16,719 nucleotides of DNA from assembly GCA_043228905.1 (NCBI GenBank), contig JBHGNT010000725.1, forward strand, positions 1-16,719, read 5' to 3'. The translations under genes were made by a program, and so were the position numbers. Below the pieces are notes generated by a model. It worked only from the letters and a program-made list of their open reading frames with translations. It ran no database searches and was not told where the DNA came from. Of the stretch, positions 1-10,080 are shown piece by piece (positions within the stretch are counted from its first letter, which is position 1; each line of letters begins with the position of its first letter). The DNA is from Azolla caroliniana (taxonomy: Eukaryota; Plantae; Polypodiophyta).

Positions 1-89
1 AGTAAATATAAGAAAGGTTTTAATAATTTTTAAAATATTTTACTTTCTTGATCTTTAAAAACGTCTAAATAGGTAAATTTATGGAAAAA

Positions 90-449
90 TAGAAAACATA
101 AAGCATTGGTGCGGAAACAAAGATAAGGACTTAAAGCTCGATTACTGGCCATCTAAGTCGAATAGCTTTAACTATGTCTTACTTCTCTTTTATACAAAAG
201 GGTTAATAATTTTATGAAAAAAAAATATTAATTTATATTTAAACAGTTTTAAGAATTTTACAGAAATTTTTGCATTTTCAAAAGAATATATTGTACATTT
301 TAAGTTAACTATAATACTTGTTTTTTATGTTGATGATCCATGGTAAACTATAAAAAGTTTAATTAAGACATAGGGAAAAATTTTAGTATTCTATTAAACA
401 CTAGGCCATTATATATTTTCTGGAGACTTTTTTGTACTGCTCCACTGTA
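90..449 (+). mobile_element. Possible highly degraded 3' end of a Tc1-like DNA transposon
   Basis: ~130-180 translates as DLKLDYWPSKSNSFNY (cf. Tc1 LDWPSQSPDLNPIE). ~350-378 gives KSLIKT*GK (cf. AVIKAKGG). The segment ends in ...ccactgTA at 442-449, the reverse complement of the TA-CAGTG Tc1 terminus. All matches are weak. Confidence 0.3.
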
Positions 450-945
450 GTGACATACAGAATATACAGCATATCCGTAGGCAGATCTGACGCGTAAGCT
501 TTTCGTTTTCATAGCGATGCCGATAGAGGGGCGTGCTGACTTATTTTGTTACTTAATTCTTATTTTGATAACCCATTCAAAAGATTATTTCTTAATTTAA
601 CTTTACCAACTAAATGGTAAATATCTTATTTCTATCGTAACAATATACTTTTTTTAGCCATATAATCCAAACCATTTAAATAATGATTTATTTTTTACTT
701 ATTTTGTTTTGAAATGCAGTTTTTTTTTTTAATTTTTAACGCTTGTGGTTTTTTGAGAATTTTGTAAATATAGTTAAGAAAGTACAAATTTGCCATGGTT
801 GACGCGGCAAAACAAATAAAGTCTTATATTTATACACAGCGAATCGAATATTTTGAATGAGAGAAATGTTTATTTGAAAAACTGTAATGATACAAATAAA
901 ACATAACATAAATATAAGTAATATAAATTAAAAATATTTGTTTTT

Positions 946-1043
946 TTTACAATTGGTCTAACATGCCATCTACCATTAACGGTAGAAATTAAGACGAAAC
1001 AGACGACATCTGGCGACAAATGCAGAGTCAGACGTAATGTGTG
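946..1043 (-). repeat. Inverted partial copy of the core of the hammerhead-bearing repeat family
   Basis: 946-1018 (tttacaattggtctaacatgccatctaccattaacggtagaaattaagacgaaacagacgacatctggcgaca) is the diverged reverse complement of ~1322-1394. cagagtcagacgtaatgtgt (~1024-1043) matches the reverse complement of acatatttcgtccggctctg in the 14.6 kb array. Confidence 0.85.
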
Positions 1044-1100
1044 TCCGAGAAGTGTTGAGACCACGGGAAATGTTGTGCTTCATACTTGAGCGGGAAAATT

Positions 1101-1480
1101 AAAAATCTACAGTTTGGTAGAAAAACAAACCTATATTTGAAAGATTTCATTCTATCGTCATCTTACGACCGGTTTCGAACTATCTCAGTTCTTATCAGGC
1201 AAACTAGTCAATGGATAAATGTCTCTTAAAAACTCCCATAGATAACCAATATTGGTTGGTATCAAACATTTTGCAATTTGTTTTAAAGATATGTTTGGTC
1301 TGTGATATATTTCATCCGAACTGTCGCTAGATGTCGTCTGTGTTGCCTTGATTTCCACCGTTAATGGTAGATGGCGCGTCAGACCAATTGTAAACTTTTA
1401 TATACCAACAAATATTGGTTAAGTATGGGAACTTTTGACTAGCTTCCCCGATGATAATTGACATAGTTCGAAACCGGTAG
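1101..1480. mobile_element. Dispersed copy of the hammerhead-bearing repeat: inverted arm (1101-1268), core (~1269-1395), truncated direct arm (~1400-1480)
   Basis: 1101-1268 (aaaaatctacagtttggtagaaaa...) is the reverse complement of the 3' half of the 347-bp unit (...ttctaccaaactgtagattttt). 1233-1480 aligns directly with the unit (cccatagataaccaatat...gtttggtctgtga...ggtagatggcgc...ttggttaagtatgggaact...ccggtag). Confidence 0.85.
1162..1203 (-). ncRNA. Minimal Type I hammerhead ribozyme motif, near-intact (single G8A core change)
   Basis: Minus strand reads UUUGC-CUGAUAA-GAACUG-AGA-UAGUUC-GAAA-CCGGUC-GUAAG. It has stem I (UUUGC/GUAAG), stem II (GAACUG/UAGUUC), GAAA, a palindromic ACCGGU stem III and a GUC cleavage triplet (predicted cut between 1167 and 1166). 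Confidence 0.75.
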
Positions 1481-1484
1481 TAAA
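1438..1484 (+). ncRNA. Degenerate minimal Type I hammerhead motif
   Basis: CCGATGA (1448-1454, U4C)-taattg-aca-tagttc-GAAA-CCGGTA. The GAAAC and palindrome are intact, while stems I and II are eroded. Confidence 0.55.
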
Positions 1485-4199
1485 AGTATTTAAAACATTC
1501 TTAGTTTATAATAACGCGTTGTTATCATTACATCTTTGTACGCAAACAAAATAATTTTAATTAATTTTTAAAATACTGCAATAACCAATTTGTCGAGTTC
1601 AAATTTATATCCAGAAAAAGAAAAAGCGAAATTGTTAAATAATCCTAAAGATATGGTTCCTTTTTGTCTTTGTCTCTTCGAGAATACAATCACGTCGCGA
1701 CCATATGTCATACAACATTATCGCGAAAAGTGCTGCCTTCTATACTTATGAGATGCTGATATAAGGGAAAGATTCCGCAAATTTACAAAGGTTTTAATAT
1801 AAAGAAAATTGCTTTTTTGTATGAAAAAAAAGGAATATATTTTAAAAAATGTTCTTTGATGGACCTTGGCAAAATAAATTTGTATATTTTGCGTTTTATA
1901 ATTTTTTTCAATCACGCGAATTTGTATATTAACAATGGTTTTAATTTAATCCAAATTCGATATATGTTTTTTTAACTGTAATTTTTTTGTTTCAGCGCGC
2001 TCGCAAAAGTACGTAAACGCCGTGTTTATTAAAGCTAAAATAAATTTTTTTATTTATTTATTCAAATATTTTTTCCTTATTTATTTAAAATATAAGTAGC
2101 TTTTAGTTAACAGTTGGCTACTTTAATCCTTATAAAAAAAAATAAGCTATAGGTTTGCAATGAAACACAATATACTGAAATACATTTTTATGTTAAAACC
2201 ATTATTAATACTACAAAATATCATTATTAAGCAATTCTTGGTTGTGAAAATTTTTTGGCAAAAACATTATTAATGTTGTTTTAAATTTAATTTGTTAAAA
2301 AAGACATAAGTCTAAATGATTTACAAATTTCTTTATTATGTTTTGTAAATTATTATATATATTGGGTTAAAGGTTTTTAATTTACCAGTAAATATATTGC
2401 AGATTGGTAAACCAATTAGATTTCTGATATCAAATCCAGATATGTAATTAGTTACGTAATATTGCTTTAGTTAAAATGGATTCTAATAATTTTAATATGT
2501 CCTTTCAATGTATTTCCCTAATGAAAACAAAAAATAAATTTAAAATACACGTATTGTGTTGAGCTGAATAGACTAATAAATATGTTTGGTTTGGAAAGAC
2601 TTGGTATATTATTAAAATCTGCTACCCCTGTATCCATTTCTTTTAAAAAATGTACAAAATAATATATATAAGTTGTCTCACTCAGTATGGTCAGCGGTAT
2701 GGCGCAGGTGATATACGGTGGCTCTCGCTTCCAGGCTATTGTTGCGAACGGTATTAATACAGAGTGGTCCAAATTAATAAGCATTGATTTAATAATAGCA
2801 TTGCCTCTTACTTGATAAAAATCTATATGAATAAAACAATGACTTTAGATTTTCACAGAAGATAATAAACATTACATTAAAAATTTTGATATATTTAATA
2901 TTGTTCTTTAAAACTTGGGAATTTTTAGCACAGTGTCAACTAAAAATTGTATAGTGAGGTAAACCGCATATTCTAAATACTTTTTTGATTGATCAACGAT
3001 ATTTTATTTTAGTACACTGTATTCAAATAAAAAGAATTGTAAAATAAATTAAAATTATGTTACATAAGTGTTCTCGGGTAGGCTTGTCCGTCAGAGCGCC
3101 TGCTAGGGAGTGAGTAGATTTTTAGGACTCGATCCAGAACGTTCAATTAGCTAAGATAGTGTTTATTTTGGAATGCTACTTTAGTGAAAATTGGAGATAT
3201 CCGGTATGTATTATTATTTAAACTATTTATGCATTTTTCTATTACTTGTTAAATTTTTTTATCGTACCGGTTTATTTTTTTATGGAATTGTTTTTTGTTG
3301 TAATCAACTCAAGTTAAAATGCCATTAAAGGTGACTAATTGCTGTCTTTTCGTGCTTGCTTTGTTTGAGAGAAAGAGCCTTGGTGAATCTACTAACATTT
3401 TCCTCCCGTGATAATATTCAACTCATAGCTGGGTAGCCTCCCGAATGGGAGCTCAGTACCTGCTGGTGATGGCCGGCTAACTAACACAAAACTCTTCAGT
3501 TTTAAGTGCTTGATGAATATGAAACATTAAATAGCGGTACGAAGGCAGAGATTAGTTTAGTTCTTTTCTGATTTTCCACAAAGTGGCAACATAAAACGAT
3601 TCTTCGGAATAATGATCGGAGTTTTCTTCGCCGTACTCTTTTTCCTCGAGAATTCTAGGCGGAGTGCGGCAAACTTTATTCTTTCGAACAATAAGTCTGA
3701 ATAAAGTCTCGGATATTTTCAAATTTCTTGTTTTATTTTACTTACAATTTATTTTTCCCCTCAAATTTCCCAAATTTTCGTCGTAGACTGGCGCATTCGA
3801 GGTAATGTAAAAATAAATAACACAACGTAGGTCCTTAGCTTTTTATATATTTATTTATTTATGGTTAGACGATTATTGGCAAATATTTACCTCTTCGAAC
3901 TAGATTGTACTGACCCGGGTCGGTTATACTACAATAGTGAGATATAATCTGGATTAATTTGCGGAAAAGTTTATATGCAGGAGCAGAAGCAAAAGATACC
4001 AACACAATGGGAAAATTATTTTATAACTTTAATAAACGAATATATTTTTGAAGGTTGTGGATTCATTAAAGCAATTTAAAGTCTTTTTAAGTACTAATAG
4101 CAGATTTTTAATCGGAAAGAAAATATGGTAAAAAAACTTACACGAGAAAATACCCATTGCAAAAGAATACTTAAAACTGTAATAACATTGGAGGGAATT

Positions 4200-5928
4200 T
4201 ATTACTGAAAATTATCTGACGGATTTCAGTGTATTTCTTAAATCTTATTTTGTTCTTTTGAAAAAGTCTGGTGCAGGGTCCGGATACAGGAAGTTTATAT
4301 TTTGAGTCCCAAAGCATATAACAAAATGCCCTCCATTTATCGATTACCATGAAGGTCGAGTCTTTATAGATATCTTCAAAATTGGAAATTACAAAAATAC
4401 AATTGTTCTTGTTTAAAGAAAAAGAAAAGTATTGTATTTTGTGTATTTTATGATATTAAAAAAGATAAAACTGTTGGCTTTTAGGAAGGATTGGCAGTCA
4501 TCAAAAATTTCAAACAGAGCTTTAGTTGTTATTGCCAGAGGTATTGCTACAAACTGGAAAAAAACAATAGCCTACTTTTTATGAAAGCATCAGCACGTTA
4601 GATAAAAAAAGGCAATTTTATTTGCATTTGTAAGATATTCAAATGGCATGGGATTAAATGACATGGGTGTTGTTTCTGATCAGGGCTCCAATTTTTTCAA
4701 ATTAGTAAAAAGAACATTAAAATTATTGACAGAAGAAAATTCCACCTTTTTGATAAATAATAAAAAACTTGTGTATCTCTTCGAGGTACCACACCTTTTA
4801 AAGTCTCCAGAATTTTTGTTTTTATTTTACTTTCCATTACAAAACGGAATCCACTAAGAAAATATTTTTTGGAGAACATCAAGACAAAGATAAGCAATTT
4901 AGAATTACTTTCAAATTGTCAAACGACTATTTGTACCCTAACAACTTTCAGAAGATCAAGGTAAAATTAGACGCGCAAATATGAAGCCATTCGGTAGTAT
5001 GGCTACATATTTGTACTCCCAGAAGTGGCGAAACCAACAGCTACTTTTATAAAACAAATAAATGATTGATTTGATCTTTTAAACTCCAGTAAACTGAAAA
5101 ATTATGGAGAATTTATGGGGATCCAAAAGAAGCCAAATATGTTATTATAAATGTAGCATTTATTTCAAAATTTAAAAGTTCAGAATATCCAAGAAATAGA
5201 TTTTACAAAGCAATTAAAATTTATTTTTGGGTGAAAAATGACAATAAAGGCGATACTAATTATTTTTTAATCTTCACAAGGAAAAGCATACAAATACTTT
5301 TTTTGTTTACGAGGAATTTGAATCAAGATTGTCTTAAACATTTCCAAATCAGGAACTGTTGCGGAAATGCAAAGAATCCCACTTGAGTTATTAAAAAATA
5401 TAAAGCAAGATACCGCCTCTACAGTTGTAACGTTACATACTTATAGTCTATTGGTCGTTTTTACGAACCACTATATGAATCTAAAATCCTCTGAAATGAC
5501 TGCACTGGTCCATGTAGTAGTTTTTTTTTACTAAAATGTTTACTTCAACATTCCTGTGACACATGTACATACTTTAATGAGATGGTCGTATTAGATTCTA
5601 CAATTTTGTGTGGAGATAAGGCTTAGAGCAATGAAAAAACTGAATTGGAAGGTCTAACTATGCCAAGAAAAACTATGGTGGATTTTGTTGATCATTTAGA
5701 AAAAAAAATTATTAGCCAATTTAACGACTTGGCCTATCAAATGAATATTGAAAAACGACTTTTTTAAAGTAAATTTCTCTCATTCTTTAGGCGATTTTTC
5801 ATTTAAATAGTTTATTTCTCTTTACTGTACGTGTATATTTTACCCTTAAATTTGTTAATCAAGACCTTAAACAAGGTAGATACAATAAGATAAAAAATGT
5901 AAAACTTGGCGTTTTACAACATTTATAA
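4200..5928 (+). pseudogene. Fossil P-superfamily (THAP9-like) transposase with many stops and frameshifts
   Basis: Collinear motifs across frames: SPKAY (~4305), KEKYCILC, RALVVIARGIATNWKKTIAYF (cf. ALVFMARGL..NWKQP.AY), VVSDQGSN, FEVPHLLKS (cf. FDPPHLLKS.RN), FQKIKVKLDAQI*SHSV (cf. F.KMKV.LA.Q..SHSV), IND*FDLLNS, LNQDCLKHF..IRNCCGNAKNPT (cf. LNQD.LENFF..IR..G...NPT), and C-terminal KLGVLQHL* ending at 5928. Confidence 0.88.
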
Positions 5929-6839
5929 TAAATCTAAAGTTTAAAAGTATATTTGATTCATTTTGGAATTTTGAATTCTTATAAAACAAGAGACACACTT
6001 TTAGTTTAAGGGTATTTTAACGTTTGAAAAAATAAATAAATTAAAATAAAATTTCTTACCGAGAGGCTCATGCCCAAAAATGTTGGTGTTTATTTAAGTA
6101 TATAGCTACAATTGTAAAGTTAAAAAAAACGATAACTAGATGACCCATAAAAATGTAACCCATAATTCTCCTACTACCACAGCCCCATCTATATCGAAAA
6201 ATGGGTGGTTCTTTTTTATGCTAATTAAAGCACTGATTATTTATTATGACGTTAATAATTATTTATTTCTTATAATAAGAAAATAAGTTTGACTTGTTTC
6301 TGATATTATTTATAATAAATTAAATTATAATAATCTAAAAAAGTAATTGTTTTGAATATAGTCTTTTATCTTTTGTTTTGCTTATTTAACTGTATTTATC
6401 ACTTTTTAAAATGGAAACAGTTTTAATTTTTTTAAAGTAAATATTTTTTTTATTATGTATAATAGTATTGTGCCAATTTTTTTTATAAAATATAAATACT
6501 TATAATTGCAAAAGTTGATGTTATAATTGACTGTAATAAAATCAACTTATCAGTCCAAAACAGTTTATGAGATACATTTTTTTACCAAGTACCTAATTGT
6601 AGCCTATGAAAACCCTAAAAAAAATTGAATAAGTAACCGAAGTAAAATAACAAAAAGTTAAAAAATATTACAAGGGTATTTAAAAATTAACATATTGCGT
6701 TATTAATTTAGTAGATATACTTTTAAAACCTAATGATTGGCTTTTTCGCCAACTAAAACTTATTAAAAAAATTAATAAAAAAATATTTAATAAAACAGCA
6801 CTGCGTAGCTAAAAAAAAAATATCTTAATCGGACGTTAC

Positions 6840-6956
6840 TTGCTGCAAATGTCTTTTACAAGGCCAAGTTAGAAACTCTCGTATGCGTTTATAGGTTAAA
6901 GGGGACTCACAAAAAACTATGAGAGCAAACAGCATGATAGTTACGCTATGTCGTCT
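6840..6956 (-). pseudogene. P-transposase N-terminal region remnant
   Basis: Translates RRHSVTIMLFALIVFCESPLTYKRIREFLTWPCKRHLQQ (cf. RRYS....FA..LY..SP.AY..LR..L.LP..R.L). Confidence 0.7.
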
Positions 6957-7471
6957 TTTTTTATTTTTAATTAAATAAAGTTTATTCCTTACCAGTTTTA
7001 ATGTTGTTTTGTATTAATTTTCATTATCACTATTTTTTATTGCTTCTTAAATATTATGGTATGCCTCGCTAATAAAGTAGTTCGGAGTAAAGAACTGTCA
7101 GTAACAAAACTATATCCGACACGATTTTCTAGTTGGTACGTCCTAGTGAGTTTGGTTATATCCATTTAAGTTTATTATAATAAAGTTCAAAATTTTGTTA
7201 AAGTACACATACCTTTAAATTTTTACTGACAGTTACGGTGAAGATATTTTTTACACTTTCACCAAAACAAACCATCGATATCAATATTTAGTAAATAACA
7301 AAAAGCACATTTCGAAACTAGTTTAAAATTTTACTCATTTAATGTCAATTTCTTATCGAGCATATTAACAAAATCTTTATTAAATAACTTTTTTAAAGTT
7401 TTTTCTTCTTGTTTATTTTTTTTTTAAATATTCAATTTTCCTTTTTTCTGGATTTCTTTGAAATTCAACCA

Positions 7472-7782
7472 ATGATTGGGCTGATTGGGAAAAATATGGG
7501 ATAAAACATTATTTTTGAGAATTGGCCGTTTCAACTTATACTCTTGAGTCACATCATTTATGTCTTTATAGGTTTAACTTCTTATTATTTCGTTTTCTTC
7601 AAAATTTTTGCTGCAGACTACCAAGTACTTCGTCACAATATAATTCTCCCTGTGTATTGCATTTAACCATACCTTTCGAGTTTTTTCGACTTAAGGAAAT
7701 GAGAAGGTTGTTTGCTAACCTTCACTTTTTATTGCACTTTGGTAGTTGGATATACATCCAGGCACACAACAAGCCTTGGCAT
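7472..7782 (-). pseudogene. Degenerate THAP (C2CH zinc finger) domain of the P-like transposase
   Basis: MP-(frameshift)-ACCVPGCISNY...TFSFP*VEKTRKVWLNAIHRENYIVTKYLVVCSKNFEENEI...KRPILKNNVLSHIFPNQP. THAP hallmarks are CxVPGC, FxFP, W, VCxxHF (H changed to N) and an AVPTIF-like box. There are three in-frame stops. Confidence 0.85.
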
Positions 7783-8665
7783 CTAAAACAATTTAAACGA
7801 TATTGTTAACCAAAACCTTTTTTTTTTATAATAATGCAACGATAATCTTGCTGCTAATTTGATTACCTTAATAACTCGTGTGAATAAATTTACACTAATA
7901 AATACGTTTTTTCAGAAATTAACTACCAGAAAAAATTATCTAAACGCCTTTACACCTGTTAAGATCGCACGCGCACGGTTTCTCAAAACGGCATTATACA
8001 CGATGTTGCCGTTGTTGCCTGCTGCATGGCTTAATATAGAGGGGGCTGTGCTCCTACCCTATCTTCCCCTAAGCAGGTAAGTAGGGCTAAATATAAATAT
8101 TGTTTATCCTATTTTGCACCTACTTCCACTAGTTTGTTTTATTTGTCGAGTGCGGAACCCTTGTGAAGTGGCCAACTGTGAGTGTGCCGCTGCAAGTTGC
8201 GACAATTTATATTTTATTTTGTAAACACTGTAGCCTTTTAATTTTGCGTCACTTATTTTGATTAAATGCAATTCTTTCTTTTTTAATAATCCAATGTCTT
8301 CAACCAATCACATTAGTTTGGTGTATCGGTGTGTTCAGTGAGTAGCGGTCTTGTACTGTTTTGTCTATGGTTGCAGAGTAGGGATAACGGAAGTTACCTT
8401 TTTGACGGTCAATCATCGACCTGTCTCTTCTTAGTGAAACATCGGATTTAAAGATTTTAAATCCACGAGGATCAAGAGCATCCTTAATTTAATGGCTGTT
8501 TAAAAGCGGTGCAAAAAAAATTAAATATCTGCCATGCTTATAAAAGTGAATATTTTTTATTTTAGTAAAATCGTTCCTGTTTTGCCCTCATAGTGAGGTA
8601 AGTTTCATTAACCTTAAAAACTTGTATTGACCCCCTTTTTCTCTTTAAAGATATTTCACTGATAA

Positions 8666-8686
8666 TTCTTCTTCTTCTTCTTCTTC
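8666..8686 (+). repeat. (TTC)7 microsatellite forming the RTE 3' tail
   Basis: Seven TTC units directly abut the RTE 3' end. Short trinucleotide tails are typical of the RTE clade. Confidence 0.9.
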
Positions 8687-10080
8687 TTTGTTATAGGATT
8701 ACATCATATTTGTTAATTTATTTGTCCCCCATCCGGTATCCTCGCTCCACTTCCTTGACTTGACCGTGATTATTTCGTCCATGATTATGTTGAATAGGGT
8801 GAGGCTTAAACTGTCTCCCTTTTTTATTCCGGTTGTTAAAGGTATTTAATCGGACAATTTATCTGCTATTTTTCTGGATTTGTAGTTATTGGTGTTTAGC
8901 TTGCTAATAAAGGTTATTATGCGGGGGTGTACTTCTCTCTTCTGCAGAAGCGGTACGACGTCCTCTAGCTTTACCATGTCGAAGGCTTGGGTGAGGTCAA
9001 CGAAAAACATAAAAGCCGGCTTGTTAAATTTAATGGCTTTATCAGTTATCTGCCTTATGGTAAATATTGCATCTATAGCGGACCTATTTTTCCTGAAGCC
9101 TTGTTGTTCTTCACATACTTCAGTGTCAGCAATTTCTTTCTCAAATATCTTCATCAGGAATTACGACATTGTGCTTAAGAGGCTGATTCGTCTATAGTTT
9201 GTTGTATCGGTCTTTGCTCCTTTTTTGTATATTGGTATTGTAACGCTATGCTTCCACTCCATTGGTACGTCTATCCCATTTTGTATCTTGTTAAAAAGAA
9301 CCTGGATTTGTTACAATAACATACTACCGCCATATTTTGTCATATCGTTGGATATCTCGTCTATACCAGCCGACTTTCTTTTTTTCAGTTTGCTGGCTAT
9401 ATGTTCTATTCTCTCCAGGGATATGTTCTATGTCGGATGGGTGTTGTCGCCCATTTGTGTTATGATATTCTCGGCGTAGTCTTCTGTTGAGGCGTAGAAC
9501 TCCCTAAAGTGTTTCTCCCAGTCCTCAATTAAAATCTTTGTTATTTGTATGAATTCGTCTATGGGTTTTTTTCGATTTCTGAGCATATTCCCTATCTTTT
9601 TCTGTTCTCCGTAATGGTCTCGTTTCATATCCTTGGAGAATTGTTTCCAGTATGATGTTTTTATTGCTTGTATTTCGCTGTTGACGACTATGTTTCTTGC
9701 AAGCTTGTACTCATTGTATGATATTGTTTTTGATATATACTGTAGGTATAACTCTCGTTTTTTCTTCGCCAGTGACTTGATCTTTTGAGTAAATCATGGT
9801 TTGATATTTGAATTCCTTTTTCCTGTACGGTGGCTTCTTCTCAGCGCTTCTTCTTACTGATAATTGGTTTTTAAAATTAGGGTGCTTCCGGGGGATTGTA
9901 ATTGCCATCCCTTTGCGTTTCCTGGGCATTATGAATGCCGTATAAGAATTTTCAACCGCCTGTTTTGGATCCTTGTTTCCTGATGGTGCTATTGCATGGG
10001 GTCCTGGTCACGTGTTTCGCAAGGAGAATAGATTTCCCAGTAGGCAGTACACCCTGAAAAGGATTAATTAGGCGAGTCTT
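8666..10080 (-). mobile_element. RTE-clade non-LTR retrotransposon, internally deleted, with a (GAA)n tail
   Basis: Minus-strand translation gives the linker KP*FTQKIK...YNEYKLARN...YWKQFSKDMKRDHYGEQKK and RT motifs KSAGIDEI, EWKHSVTIPIYKKG..NYRRISLL, EEQQGFRKNRSAIDAIFTIRQ, FVDLTQAFD, GIKKGDSLSLTLFNIIMDEI. It ends ...cctataacaaa(GAA)7. The 5' boundary is approximate. Confidence 0.92.

Larger units (their letters stand above)
6178..8050 (-). mobile_element. Internally deleted P-superfamily DNA transposon (1873 bp) with 17-bp TIRs and a 7-bp TSD
   Basis: Left end CACAGCCCCATCTATAT (6178-6194) matches the reverse complement of 8034-8050, CACAGCCCCCTCTATAT, at 16/17. Termini are CA...TG. CTCCTAC flanks both sides (6168-6174 followed by an extra TAC, and 8051-8057). 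THAP and P-transposase remnants lie inside on the minus strand. Confidence 0.82.

Noticed and set aside
2518-2784. 88-aa minus-strand ORF (MDTGVADFNNIPSL...)
   Set aside because: Only a vague resemblance to transposon-associated N-termini, with no diagnostic motif.
3076-3105. GGTAGGC...GCCTGCT hairpin as HDV-like ribozyme P1
   Set aside because: Only 14 nt lie between the strands, too short to hold P2, P3 and L3.
7522-7809. 95-aa plus-strand ORF
   Set aside because: Antisense to the THAP remnant, with no recognisable homology.
3099-8077. Possible outer TIR pair (cctgctagggag at 3099 versus the reverse complement of cttcccctaagcagg ending at 8077) for the plus-strand P element
   Set aside because: The alignment needs several gaps, the ends are not CA...TG and there is no TSD. 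Left unresolved.
8378-8387. TAGGGATAAC, the first 10 nt of the I-SceI site
   Set aside because: The rest of the 18-bp site does not match, so this is likely chance.
8444-8464. Perfect hairpin GGATTTAAA-GAT-TTTAAATCC as a Helitron 3' end or terminator
   Set aside because: AT-rich stem with no downstream CTRR terminus, and bacterial terminators are irrelevant here.
8889-9479. Plus-strand ORFs 8889-9197, 8987-9178 and 9225-9479
   Set aside because: Antisense shadows of the minus-strand RTE reverse transcriptase.
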